Source of the DNA: Phoronis australis
Taxonomy: Eukaryota > Animalia > Phoronida
DNA: 64,000 bases
Assembly: GCA_002633005.1 (NCBI GenBank)
Contig: NMRA01000619.1
Coordinates: 83,528 to 147,527, forward strand
Direction of reading: 5' to 3'
Shown: in pieces, positions 13,501 to 25,810 of the stretch
Layout: every line of letters starts with the position of its first letter
Position numbering within the stretch: position 1 is the stretch's first letter
The notes under the pieces: model-generated
Databases searched by the model: none
What the model was told of the DNA's origin: nothing
The model's input: only the letters and a program-made list of their open reading frames with translations
Program-made: the position numbers and the translations under genes

Positions 13501-14405
13501 AAGTCAACTTCAGTCGTGGCCTTCTCACATCTGTAAATTCTTATAATGATCCTCTAAGCAACACATCTGTGTATGGCAGATAGGTAGGTAGATGCCAGAA
13601 AACGGAATGCAAAATTACAAAAATGGCCACCAGGTGGTGCAGAAAACATCAAAACTGTTTGAAAATGGGAAGGCGTTGTCCTCTCCATGTTTGCCGAATT
13701 TCATGAAAATTCATAACTGAAATCCGAAGATACAGAGGCAAATGTAAAAAACATTTTGCCCCTAGGGGCAGAGTAGTATTTGGATCGGCTCAACACCTGT
13801 TACTGTTTGTCTACAGCTCCATAGCAAATAGATATTTCAAATTTCACAAAGCTCCTTCAAAGGGTTATTAATAAGGAGATTCGGCTACAGACCCAAAAAA
13901 ACAAAATCTCCATACAGGGATGACACAATAGTCTGACATCTGTAAATTCTCATAATCATCCTTTAAGTGATATGGCTGATAGAGAAGTGATAATGATCCT
14001 TTGAGCAGCATGGCAGAGAGAGAGGCGCAAGCCAGAAAACAGAAGCAAGAATTACAAAAATGTCCACAAGGCGGTGTCAAATTTGTCAAATTTGTCTGAA
14101 AGTGAAATGGCATCATGGCCTTCATATTAAAAATCATATATGTCGAATTTCATGAAAATCTGTTAAGGAACTCCAAAGATACATAGGCAAATGTAAAAAA
14201 CTAAAATTGCCTCTAGGGAGCACAGCAGTATTATGGTCGGTTCAAAACTCCTGGTCATCTGTCGTCAGCCACATAAGAACATACCAGTAAAAATACCAAT
14301 AAGATCCTGCAAGGGATTTAGGAGATACAGCAGTGGATGTCGGACGCCCACACAATCACATGACTACAACATACACCCACATATAAATATGAGGGCGCTT
14401 AAAAA
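10597..14405 (-). mobile_element. Cluster of Helentron-associated (HINE/DINE-1-like) elements, family H, with internal arrays of about 145-bp units
   Basis: Repeated end module aacaagag + hairpin acgcggagcgt + aatgcgccca (about 10597, 10952, 11137). Opposite palindromic ends at about 12975-13005 and 14370-14405 abut A-runs. Internal units contain caaatttcatgaaaatcc and ccactagggggc. Confidence 0.7.
11765..12365 (+). pseudogene. Internal fragment of a LINE ORF2 (C-terminal part of the APE endonuclease)
   Basis: RTSQDNGEVNDFGTELL...ILNGRVGKD...TCVTYNGSSVVDYVMMS...HFPL...KWFDADC are characteristic non-LTR endonuclease and linker motifs. Confidence 0.8.
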
Positions 14406-14994
14406 GCTCTCAATCCTTAAAAACCACCAAGCATGAGAGCACTTTATCGGAAATCTCTGGCACATGCAGTGATGAAGGACAGTGACATTAGCTAAGTTAA
14501 ATATTCATACGATAATGCTGCATTTCTTAGAACTGCCAGGCGCCTGCAAACACATATAGATATACCGGAGCATAAAAAGGAGTTTTATCAAATTTGTCCA
14601 CAGAATAAAAGTCTAGAAATTTTCATATTATTTCTACCATGGTTTGTTCTGTAACCTTATCATAAAACAAGGCAAGGTCAAATTTTCAACATTTTCATAA
14701 CGTAATCAGTCTTCAAAAATGGAAATTTGCAATACTGGCCATTGTTACTTTGAGAAATTGAAGATAATAAATTAAACAAATGCTTAAAAGCAGCGAGTGT
14801 AACATTAACCTACTGAACATTCATTGCAAGTTGTCTACTATAACTTAGCTGCTGATGCCACCGGGTCTGAAACTATGACCTCATCAATAGAACATTGAGT
14901 GTGAATTGCTTTCTGGAGGTGTGTTAATGATGTTACTGGTTCATATTATATAAAAAAATAATTGCAGGCGGTCTGATACACGTTATACCAGGCG

Positions 14995-15178
14995 TCGCAT
15001 GTGGGCCCATTGCACTGATCACCTGGAAATATTTTTATGCTTTATTAATATATGGTTAAAAACGAGCTGAGGAGCTAGAAACCTAGCTCAAGGGTTTGGC
15101 AGTGTGACATGGTGGGACTCGAACCCACGACCTCGAGTAAAGAAAGCAGGCACTTATCAACCAGGCCACACTAACTCC
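14995..15178 (-). mobile_element. tRNA-derived SINE, 5' part
   Basis: Minus strand has A-box-like TGGCCTGGTTGA and B-box GGTTCGAGTCC followed by a cccttgagc body; no complete cloverleaf. Confidence 0.7.
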
Positions 15179-15189
15179 AATTATAACTA

Positions 15190-16664
15190 CTGTATTCGCC
15201 GTAATAACCGCCCATGCCCCTATAAGCGCCCCTCACGCGTTTTCAGACTTTGCTAAAATAAGCGCCCAGTCCACGAACATGTACGTGCGAAAAATGCCTT
15301 ACTTACAGTCCTGAAATTCTACAGTAACGTCTTCAATTTATCATTAATATCTGACAGTCATGAAAAAAATCATTGTGCGCAGAATTTGTAGACCACAAGC
15401 CTCGTCGCTATGTCGGTATTTAGCCGTGACTATACACTTCAAACTTCCGCCATGCCTCAAAACAAACACAAAAGTTCTGCTGATATTGCGAGGACCAATG
15501 GTCTGGCCTTTCAGAATACTGAGAAGTAGTGTACTTGTATACGGGATTGTTTTGTATATATTTCCTGCTTTCAACAGGAATCCAAATTTCTTTGTAGGCC
15601 TACAAGTGAATACCGTGAATCAAAGACTAATAAAAAGCTTGGCCAGTGTTAAAAGCACGTGGCTAGGAAGCGCACGCTACATACATGAAACTGTCATCAA
15701 ATACATTAGTCGGGAACTATCCATTCATGAAACGGGTAGCATAGCATCGGCAAGAAATGAATATTGGCACTAATTTCCAACAGTATATATTATAAAAAAT
15801 GTTTGCGTTATTTTTAAGATAAATTGTTTAATTATCCAAAATTGGTGTTTTTAAGCCAGATATCCGATAAAATGACCACTGACAGTGAATGCTTACGCAC
15901 CCTTACACCGAAAAATAACTGTCAGATAGTCATGTACGATGCATCCAGCCACATGGCGACTAATATGGCCTTACCGAGACAAATGTCAAACGTTTTTAGC
16001 ACATGAGACTGGCAAGAGCTGAATGAAACACGCTCTGGTTTAGGCCTACTGCTTGTGCAAATTTCTTTGGATACAATGCACATCTAGCTCGTTAGATTGC
16101 GTGGCTCTAGCCGAAAGACGGTATCTGCTCTGGTGACACGCATGCGCTCGCTTACTCACTAATGCAGACAACTTCATAACAAACGTCACGTGACAACAAC
16201 ATGTGTGTTCGTCCAGACATTTTTCTCATGTTGCCGATCACACATGTAGATGGCACAATGTACTAGCACAGATTTGTACTTAAACCTGGGGTGATCCCTA
16301 CTCCACGGGAACTTAAAAATCTAAGGGACGCTACTTACAAAACTTAAGGAGGATTTCAGGTAATTTGCTTGAGTCAAAACTGTCTTATTTTTATTCAAGC
16401 ACTCGCCATATCGACGATTGCGAGGCAAGCAGTTGGCGAGTTTTCGCCCTGGGATTTCAGCACAATTTTCTGATAGCAATGCAAAACAGTATTGTAGAAT
16501 GTCTTTTCATAGATTACAGATATGTCACAGAGCGTAAATATGACGAGTCTTAGCTTCTGATTTCACCCGTTTCGGAGACCGGGTTTCAATGGCCTTGGGT
16601 TAAGCGCCACCCCCCCGAAACGAACTTTTCTAAGCGCCCTGGGTGGTTATTACGGCGAATACGG
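15190..16664 (+). mobile_element. Family A Tc2/pogo-like element, full-length (1475 bp)
   Basis: TIR C(T/C)GTATTCGCCGTAATAACC(G/A)CCCA at both ends with TA TSD. Confidence 0.92.
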
Positions 16665-17115
16665 TATGTTAACGATGTCATTGGATTCAGGACTGTGGCA
16701 TCATCAACAGAAAATACAATGAGATTTCTGTAGCTCTGTTAATAATGTCACTGGTTCACTATGACATAAATAGAACAGTCAGGTCTCGTTGCCTATTTCA
16801 ACTCTGCAAATGATGTCACCGGTTCCATGACTGTGATAGCATCAACAGAACATTAGATATGAATCACCTACAACAACTCTGTCGATGATGACATAACATT
16901 TAGTGTGTATTGCCTGTCAGTAGCCATGAAAATGATGACACTGACACAGTTGCTACATTAAAAATTGAATTTCCTTTTTGCCATTAAACAACACACTGGT
17001 CACCTCGAACCATAGAATATCAACAAGACATGAAGTATCTTTAATAATGAAATGAAAATGTTGGGACTTACTCTTTAACAAAACAGATGTGCACCCAAGA
17101 TGAGGACCAACTTAC

Positions 17116-17261
17116 CTGTGTCCCAGGATAATAAGACAGAATAGAAAATAGCCGCCCGTGGTGCAGATGTAAGCAAACCGCATGTCGTACTTGGAGTTGA
17201 GGATTTGGATTATCTGGTTAGTGTAGTAACCATAGTACATCTCTGTCTGGTTAAACCAACC
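17116..17261 (-). CDS. TMC: TMC7-like coding exon 7 (GWFNQTEMYYGYY...YDMRFAYICTTGGYFLFCLIILGH); gene continues toward or beyond the left edge
   Basis: With exon 6 it gives LLTGGGW...YYGYY and Y.+..AY, both typical TMC motifs. ctccag acceptor, AG|gtaagt donor, 146 nt. Confidence 0.9.
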
Positions 17262-17683
17262 CTGGAGGTGGTAGTCAAAATTAGGCCATATCCACTTAAG
17301 GATAGCTGCATACAATTTTGTGAACACAGCAAAAACTTAACAGTCAAGTAACAAATGGTACACAACATTTTTAGATCTTGAAAAATTCTATAGTAGCACC
17401 AGTCTATACATCAGCCAGTGATGAAAGGGCTTTAATCAACACGTGGCCTGCCACCAAAACTTATGATAACTATATCCAACTTAATGAGATGCAGCAACTT
17501 TACCGATCGCTGAACATTTAGCTGTTCCGCGTTCAGTTCAGGCTTATTGTCCATCAACTGTGACAGCATTTATGCCACAAACTGCATCAAAATTACATTT
17601 ATTTCATTTTCAAAAACGAGAAGAATAAGACAACAGGAAATATATTTATTGTTATTACCATTACACGAAGAGTAATTTAAATG

Positions 17684-17845
17684 AGTGTGTGTGTGTGTGT
17701 GTGTGTGAACGATTGTATACTAACTGTGGGAATGAGTGTGTAACACAGTGAACGAGTGTGAAAGTGCATGAACGAGTGTGGATAAGTCTGTTAACGAGTT
17801 TGTAAGTAGGTGAACGAGTGTGTAACTGTGTGTGAATGAGAGTGT
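17684..17845. repeat. (GT)n microsatellite with degenerate gaacgagtgtg repeats
   Basis: Visible directly in the TMC intron between exons 6 and 7. Confidence 0.85.
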
Positions 17846-17919
17846 CCACCCCTCTCTATTCGCCTAAAGCTTGAGAATTGTCAGGATAATTATAATGGTT
17901 AACATAAAAAACAACTTAC

Positions 17920-18192
17920 ACCCCCTGTGAGCAGCTCAATTCCTGTGAATGGCACGCTGTCGTTATAACTACCCTGGTTGACAACCTCAAAGCGGTAGAG
18001 TAGCTGGGGAACGACCAGGAAGCCGACGACGACGAGAAACGTGGGAATATTTAAGAGGAAAAGCCACTTGAGAAACTTGAAATAAGATGTGACACCGGTG
18101 CCAAACAGACCCTCGATGGTCTTAAGGTGGCCAGTCCAAAAGCGGAAGAAGTAAGCAAAGTTACGCAGGCTTTCTTTAAAGTGAGTCCAACG
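17920..18192 (-). CDS. TMC: TMC7-like coding exon 6 with the N-terminal TMC signature and first TM helix
   Basis: WTGHLKTIEGLFGTGVTSYFKFLKWLFLLN matches the TMC motif W..L+.IEG.FGTG+.SYF.FL+.L..LN. Polypyrimidine plus cag acceptor, gtaagt donor, 273 nt, phase 0 to 0. Confidence 0.93.
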
Positions 18193-18338
18193 CTGCCACA
18201 AAAGGAAAAAAGAAGGACATTAGTCTTAAAATAAACATCCGAGCAAGCCCAAACGGGTAAATGAGGTGTTGCAAGTTCCAGATGACTATAAAATCAACAG
18301 GATTTAAATCTTAGTAACATGTGTTAAACAAAACTTAA

Positions 18339-20016
18339 AGGAGAATGCCCTCCAAAAAACAACTTATTTGGTATCAGTTTGAGTAGTTCCATTCGATAAC
18401 AGCAAGTACAGCTATTTTGCCCGACACCTGACGGCAAACGGAGGTGTTGAAATTAGCCAATGACACCAGAGGTTCGAATGCAGTCTGTTCAGCAGTTCAC
18501 AACACGCTTACTAGAGTCAGCTTATCACTTGAATTCATAGTTTTACACCAATAAATCATCAAAATTCGATGTAAAACCCTTACAAATACATCGAGTCATG
18601 GAACAAATATGTTATTTTATTTCACTGTTACAGATTTTTAGGTATTTAAATGTACTGTAGGCTACAAAGTTCGGTAGGCCAAGGTCGGTCACAGGAGTTT
18701 GGGGTCTGTTCGGTGATAAATTCAAATTATTCATCCGTGAAACACAGACAGGAGAACACAGCTGTGTGTTGTTATTTTAGACTTGTGATTTTTTTCAGTT
18801 CTTAACACACAAAATGCTTGTTATCCCGGCCAGTGGCTCAGAACCCAATCAGGCCCATGGCGGCCGGACTGAAGACATCATGAACATAAACCAGCCAAAG
18901 TTGGAAACTTCCAGTCACGAAAAGACTATATTAGTGAGCCAAAGAAAAAAATGTACACATGATTATTTTGGTGAATTAGCTGCAAAACTGCAAATCTACT
19001 TACTAGCTCATTGGGGACCCTTCCACAAAACCGTGAGGGTAAGTTGTGCAGTAACAATGATTCAAATAATGTATATGAATATCTAAATAAAGATTCCCCT
19101 AACATTTGACCATAGAATATAAACTCAATTTATTGTTTCACAACCGCTTCCTGTCAGCAAACACTGAATTAGCATGCGCTCACACGGCCTCGGTGCACAG
19201 TCAATTAGTTCATTGCATATCTAAAGCCAGTAATGCAGTGATTTATTCATTGCTGGCTTCTCAAAACATTTGCACTCACAAACACTCCAAGGCATTACAA
19301 ATTGTATCTAATGAGCACGTGCACAGACAACGAAACATATGGATAATTCCGAAACCGTTTGAATGACTTATGGTGTCAGTGAGCTAACTGCACAATAATG
19401 GAAACAAATGACGCTTGCGTTTGCTGCCACAAAATTCCGCAAGTGAAACGCCTTCTTGGAGAAGCGCAGCTGTGTCTCACGGACCATCCTGATTTTGCAC
19501 CGCATCTAAAAAAGGTGTGCTTACGACGTTTTTAGGGCTGAGAAAAAGTTCTGGCAAAAACATCCTCCACCCAGAGGACCAAACAGAAGCCTCACGAACG
19601 AGTCAGTCATCAAACAGGTAATATAAAACGTTATATTCTCACGTCTTGAATTAATTGTAATTGTTTATGTTTTCATGGCCAACTACAATTCTCTATAATC
19701 AAAAACTGATCAACAACCGATCCAGCAAAATGCAGGTCACTGACAGACACGGAGAAGTTTCACGGCCTCATACTAGGTATTAACGGTGTATTTTTCATTC
19801 TTCACTACTGTGAGCCAATTCCGAAGCATTATGGGCTCTCGAGGAAATCGACAAAACGATATACGCACTTTCCCTGCAGCTTCATAATTCTCACAAGCAA
19901 AAACGATACACCACACCATAGCGGCACTCACTACTGAAGTCGCTGTGTCCTTCCTCACAGGTTAACGCGGCACCTCTCAGCGAAAAAAGATTAATTAAAT
20001 CGTGTGGCATTCTCTT
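18339..20016 (-). mobile_element. Kolobok-derived non-autonomous element D1 with THAP-domain remnant
   Basis: TTAA TSD, TIR AGGAGAATGCC / GGCATTCTC(T)T. Minus strand encodes MVWCIVFACENY...ISFCRFPREP..LRNWL, a THAP N-terminus. Confidence 0.85.
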
Positions 20017-20027
20017 TTAACACTTAC

Positions 20028-20109
20028 CACTGATGAACTGTATTTGAACTGTTTCCAGCATGTAATCTTCCGAACTTTTCTTTTTGACGAGCTCTTCAGT
20101 AGAGCTTTC
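20028..20109 (-). CDS. TMC: TMC7-like coding exon 5 (RKALLKSSSKRKVRKITCWKQFKYSSSV), absent from the ORF track
   Basis: tctgtctttgcag acceptor, GTG|gtaagt donor, 82 nt, phase 2 to 0; exactly bridges the phase mismatch between exons 4 and 6. Confidence 0.85.
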
Positions 20110-20586
20110 CTGCAAAGACAGAATATCTGCAGGCCGCAAAAACTTCTTTACATAACGATAAGGCCAGAAAATAAACACAAATTATTTCAGATAGGTAGCT
20201 TTCTGTTCTGACTCTATTTAAGTAATGAGAGTGAATTTTTTCCATGAGCACCTCCAAGTGAATGTCAAGTCTTTGATTGAATTTTCAATTTAACACTACA
20301 CAAAACCATCCCCTTCCTCCGCTTAAAACATTCCCTGCTTCCCCTTATGCCAACTAATATTACCCTGACTTCACCATTCTGATGTAACCTCAACACAGTC
20401 ATGGTCCTGAGTTGTTAGTGCCTTTCCAACTCATCCCTCCCCCTCTCCTTATACCCATTAGCACCAACCTGCCTCAACACTGTCAAGGTCTTAAGTAGTT
20501 ACCNTATACCCACTAGCACCAAGCTACCTCAACACTGTCACTGTCTTAAGTAGTTACCCCCCCCACGTATAACCTCTAGCACCAAC

Positions 20587-20735
20587 CTGACTTCTTTCTT
20601 CTGATGTAACCTCAACATAGTCATGGTCTTCAGTTGTTTCTGCCTCTCCAAATCATCTTCAGGTTCTTCACCATCCACTACGTCAGCGTCTTCATGGGCC
20701 CACGCATCCAATAACGCCTGCGCACTTTCTCCACC
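20587..20735 (-). CDS. TMC: TMC7-like coding exon 4 (GGESAQALLDAW...LRLHQKKEV)
   Basis: ttattgccag acceptor, AG|gttggt donor, 149 nt, phase 0 to 2. Confidence 0.8.
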
Positions 20736-20845
20736 CTGGCAATAAATTATGTAAGTATCAAAATTGATTGTAATATGTTGAGGATGATAACAACGAGAAG
20801 AAAATATCAATTGTATCCATTTGGACTAGTAACCAGAGTGCTTAA

Positions 20846-23748
20846 GGTTATCTCAAACCTTATTCACAAAAATTGGCCATTTTTACAATATTTCACGTGT
20901 CCAGCAAAATACTTTATCTTCACTCTCAGGGAACTTTAAATACAAAATATATATCTAGTAGCTAGAAAAAAGATTTAGCAAAACCGCATTGGAAGTGCAC
21001 AACCGTGTGGATATTAGTTTATTACTTATCTGAGGTCAAAGGTAACAAAGTTGTCACTGAAATCGAATCTCCCGCCAGGTACAGAGCAGCTTCATATGTA
21101 CCCACAGTTCTTTCATTCACCGAGTAGCCATAATATTGAGTCAATGAGGTGTACTTATGATAGAACGGTGCCGGGGAAAACAAAGACAAAATGTAATTTT
21201 GATCCTGAGGGAGTTTTTACATGCATACAACGATTGAGAATGAATGCTACGAGCACGAGTTGCCTCACACCTCTGCAGACATGAACACAGCAAATTGTGA
21301 AAAGAAATCCTCACCCAAATTCCTTAATTAAGTAAGTAAATTAACATTTCGCTGTTTTGAGCTCATGCTAACGACATGCTTTAACCACCGACTCGATTTT
21401 CGGTATTCATTTCTTTCTTAGTTTCATATCAGCCTAGCGGCAAGTGATGTGTACAGACTATGTGTGTAACAATGAGCTGAGACCTACCTTTAAGTACGTC
21501 AAACAACAGTAACTGTTGATCCCACCTCATGGCTGGGGACGGTACGTTTTAATGATAATTAAGTTAATTACGCACTGCTAATTCAGTTGACATTGCACGT
21601 GAAGGTTGAAATAGCTAACATGGTTAAGACATGTATAGGTTATATTTACTGGAAACAAGTTTCCAACAAATAATTAACCGAAGACTTAGAGATTTTCACT
21701 CGTCCCCATTTAATCGACTTTTTCTTGGCTTCGGCAAATCAACTTTATTTGAACTTTACTTAGGAACACGAGTTCATGAAAACAGCTCGGTGGATTTCGC
21801 TGAAACTTTCCAAATTAATATTTATTCATCAATCTCAAAAACGCTGTTACCATTTTCAATATAAAGGCCTAGTTTGTGCATTACATAACAAAGACGAATA
21901 CAACTTTATTTTTAAAAAAAATACCTTACTTAGGTTTTGCGAGTTGATTTGCCATAGAAACCAGATGAAAAGACTAATCGAAAATTCCTACTAGAGTTTT
22001 TGATGTAAATAGTGAAGTTTCATTTAAAGAAGGTTTCATTAAAATCGGCTGAGGGGTTATTTTGCTATGAATGTACCATTCTTAAAAATGAAATTTTGAC
22101 TTAAAAAAGGTGTTAAAGGAGCATGCCACCCAAAAAACAACCTAATTTGTATCAATTTAGATCAAGTAGTTCTACTCCATAACGACACGTGCGGTTGCGT
22201 TACCTGACACCTGACGGCAGACGGAGTTGTTGAACTTATCCAATTACGTCATCGGTTTCAACGCGTTCTGTTCAGCAGTTCACAGCACGGGTAACTGGTG
22301 TCAGCTTATCGCTTGGAGTCATCTTTTAGCACCAATAAATCATCAAAACTTCGATGTAAAACCCTTAGTTCTTACAAAAACGTGTCGTTTTATTTCGCTC
22401 TTACGGATTTATTGGTATTTGGACACACTGTAGCCTACAAAGTTCGGCAGGCCAATAAGGTCCGTAGCAGGAGTTTGGGGTGTGTGTCGGAGATAATTTC
22501 GAAGTATTTTCCGTGAGATACAGACAGGAGAACCTAGATCTGTGTTGTTTAGACTTGTGATTTTCTGATTTCTAAACACAAAACGCTTGTTATCCTGGCC
22601 AGTGGCTCGGAGCCCGATCAGGCCCTTCGCGGCCGGCCGGATTGACTCGTTAACCCGGCCAGTGGCTCGGAAACTGATCAGAAATCACAAAGAAACCAGC
22701 CAAAGTTCAGTGGAAACTAAACTTCCAATCAGGAAAAAAATATACTAGTTAGCCAAAGAAATGTGCACGTGATTATGTTGGTGAATTAGCCACGAAACTG
22801 CAAATCTACTTACTCGTCGGGGGCCGCGAATTCAGTTCCGCTTTGGCCACAGCACCATCAGGGCAGAAGTTGTACATTGACAATCATAATTTGAGTAATG
22901 TAAATGCAAATAAAGATTCCCCTAACACCTGGTAATGGGGTGGAAATCGAGTTGTTTCACCACAGTTTCTGCCAGCAAACACTAAATTAGCATGAGCTCA
23001 CACGACCTCGGTGCCCGTCAATTAGTTTCATTGCACCTAAAGCCGGTAACGCAGGTGATTTATTCATTGCTGGCTTCTCAAATCATTTCGTGCACTCACG
23101 TTAAGTCTTATAGGCTATCAATTCCAACAGGAATACAGTGATGAAGGAATACTAGAGAGGCGCCGTGAACAAGCTCAGACAACGGAAGGTATGGAGTTAT
23201 TTAGTAAGCCGGTATTCGTGAGGCACTGTCGACGTCGTCTGCAGGCCACAGACACGGAGATGTTTCACGGCCTCATACTTGCTATTTACAGCGTACATTT
23301 CATTCTTCACCACCATGAGCCACTTCCTAAGCATTTCAGACTCTCGAGGACGTAAAAAAACGATATACTCGCTTTCCTCGCGGCTGCTTAGTTCGGACAA
23401 GCGGGAACGATACACCGCAACACAGCGGCATTCACTCTGCGAACCACTGACATCGCTAGTGTCGTTTCTCACCTTCGTCACAGCTTAACGCGACACCTCT
23501 TGGCAAGGTAAGGTCGACCGTATGCGAGGCGATGTGGAAATAGACCGATTAAGACGGCAAAAAAGACTAATTAAATCGGGTGGCATTCGCCTTTAACATA
23601 ATAATAATGTGGCACATAAATTTAAACCTATTTTAATATTTCCCGGGTTTTTTCTTTCAGAAAATACATAGTTTTATTAGTTGACAAAGCTTACTTTGTC
23701 CGATATACGACTTCGAATGGAGGCCACTAAATATGGTTTGAGGTAGCC
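20846..23748. mobile_element. TTAA-flanked Kolobok-like element E hosting D2
   Basis: TTAA|GGTTATCTCAAACCTTATT ... AATATGGTTTGAGGTAGCC|TTAA. Confidence 0.75.
22117..23592 (-). mobile_element. Kolobok-derived element D2 nested in E
   Basis: TTAA TSD, TIR AGGAGCATGCCACCC / GGGTGGCATTCGCCT, THAP remnant MLRKWLMVVKNE...KHLRVCGL. Confidence 0.88.
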
Positions 23749-24092
23749 TTAAAGTAGTCTCAAATAGAAACTTTATTTGCATGTCTGATACGTATCTGTG
23801 ACATTGGGTATTTTACTGGTCAACCACGGATGAAGTCAACCGGTGTTTATAAATCCACTGAACATAAACACATGCTTTTACAACCATAACCAGCAGAAGT
23901 TCAGTCATTGTCTAAATGACAAAAACAGATTGTGATCACCATGGCCACTGCTCAGAACGTCCTCAAGTAGAAGACTATGTTTTACGGTTACAACTGTATT
24001 TCACTTTTCACACCTCGTAGAAGCTTATGGAGCAGCGGGCAGTTGACTTAATGGCATATCACGAGCAATGCTTTTAATGGCAAAATAACATA

Positions 24093-25552
24093 CCGTATTC
24101 GACCTAATAAGCGCACAGGGCACTTAGAAAAATTCGTTTCAAGAGGAGCGCTTATTGTAGCCTAAAGCGGTTGAAACCAGACTTCCAAAACAGGTGAAAT
24201 TAGAAGCTAGGATTCATCAAATTTACACTCTATGACGTATCTGTAACCTACAGTACACTTTCTATAAAATTGGGGTGCATTGCTATCAAACATTACGATC
24301 ATTTTTCAAAAAATTGTGCTGAAATCCCAGGGCGAAGACTCACTGACTGATGCATCGCTGCCTCGCGATCGTCGATACGGCAACTTGAATTTGTGAATAA
24401 AAATAGTTTTGACTTAACAAATAACCTGAAGTCCTCCTTAAGTTTTCCAAATAGCGTCCTTAAGATTTTTAAGTACCTGTTGAGTCGGAATTAACTGCAG
24501 ATTAAGTACAAATCTGCACTACATTGTACCCCTCAACATAAGAAAAATGTGTGGACGAACACACGTTGTTGTCACGTGACATTTGTTTAGAAGTTCATCT
24601 GCGCGAGTCAGTGAGCAAGTGCGTGCGTGTCATCAGAGCTCATTTGCCAGAATAAACACAATGTAACGATCTACTAGGTGTGCAATGTAATTAAAGAAAT
24701 TAATACAAGCAATAAAGCAGAACGTGTTTTATTTAGCACTTGCTGGCCTCATCTGCTAAAAAACATCCGAGAATAGTCTCGGTAAGGCTGATATTAAATG
24801 TTATTGAGTTGCCAGGTGACTGGATGCGTGACATTCTAACATATATTTTCTGGGAGATTCGGGGTGTAAGGGTTCGGATGTGTTTCACTATCAGTGGGTC
24901 ATTTTGACTTTCAAAACACCAATTATGATTCATTTTAACAATTCCTCTTAAAAATAACGCAAAAGTTCTTTAGGGTGTTCAAAACTTTCAGAAATTAATG
25001 CTAATATTTATTTCTTGCCGACGCTATGCTACCCGTTTCATAAAAAGATAGTTCCCGACTAATGTCTTCGATGACAGGTACAAGTATGTAGCACGAGCTT
25101 CCTGGCCACATGCTTTTAACACTGGTCAAGTTTCTTATTAGTCCTCGATTCACAAGTTTCTTATTAGTCCTCGATTCACGGTTTTCATATGTGGAGGAAG
25201 ATCTGTACAGGAAAGATACAATACAATCCCTTTGAGAAGTAAGCTGCGACTGTTCTGAAAGGCCAGAGCATCGGGAGACAAGTTCTTTGCAAGATCAGCA
25301 GAGCTTTCGCATTCTTTTTGAAGCAAAGCGGAAGTTTGAAGTGTATAGTCACGGCTTAATAGCGACATAGCAGCTAGGCCCGTGGTCTGTAAATTCCACG
25401 CACAATGATTTTTTCCAGGAATGTCCGATCTTATTGATAAAATAAAGACGTTACTGTAAAATTTTAGAACTGTAGGTAAGGCATTTTTCGCATATACACG
25501 TTCATGGGCTGGGTGCTTTTTGGGGCATGGGCACTTACTATGGCGAATACGG
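24093..25552 (-). mobile_element. Family A element, diverged inverted copy
   Basis: TA|CCGTATTCG ... CGAATACGG|TA; reverse-complement homology to 15190-16664. Confidence 0.88.
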
Positions 25553-25810
25553 TAGTTGTTCAATGAACAAGTTTTTACGGATATGTCAGACCTTAGCAAC
25601 AAGTTTGTGAAATCAGACAATCACCAACAAAACTAGACAATTTAATTTAAGAAACCACAAATAAATGCCAAAACTTTTATTTTATTTTTCACTACTGCTC
25701 TGAATGCCCACCAATTTTGCAAACATTTGCTAATTACTTTCTTATGAAAAAAAAATAAATTCCACATGTCCTAAATTGGAAATATCTTACCATAATAGGA
25801 GTGAAAAATC

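Larger units (their letters stand above)
14840..16950. repeat. Degenerate tandem repeat of about 70 bp, interrupted by a SINE and a family A element
   Basis: Units like gatgtcactggttc...catcaacagaacatt at about 14850-14950 and 16670-16950. Confidence 0.55.

Noticed and set aside
15105-15178. tRNA gene
   Set aside because: A and B boxes are present but stems do not close and a SINE-like body follows.
15344-16553. ORFs within family A and B elements as transposase or captured genes
   Set aside because: No DDE or HTH motifs recognised, and the frames are not preserved between copies.
1-17100. Further TMC exons
   Set aside because: No segment with the expected WD[F/Y] motif and matching phase-2 splice sites was found by eye; small exons could have been missed.
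23880-24080. Possible extra phase-0 TMC exon between exons 3 and 4
   Set aside because: No convincing acceptor and donor pair around an open frame; exons 3 and 4 already join in phase.
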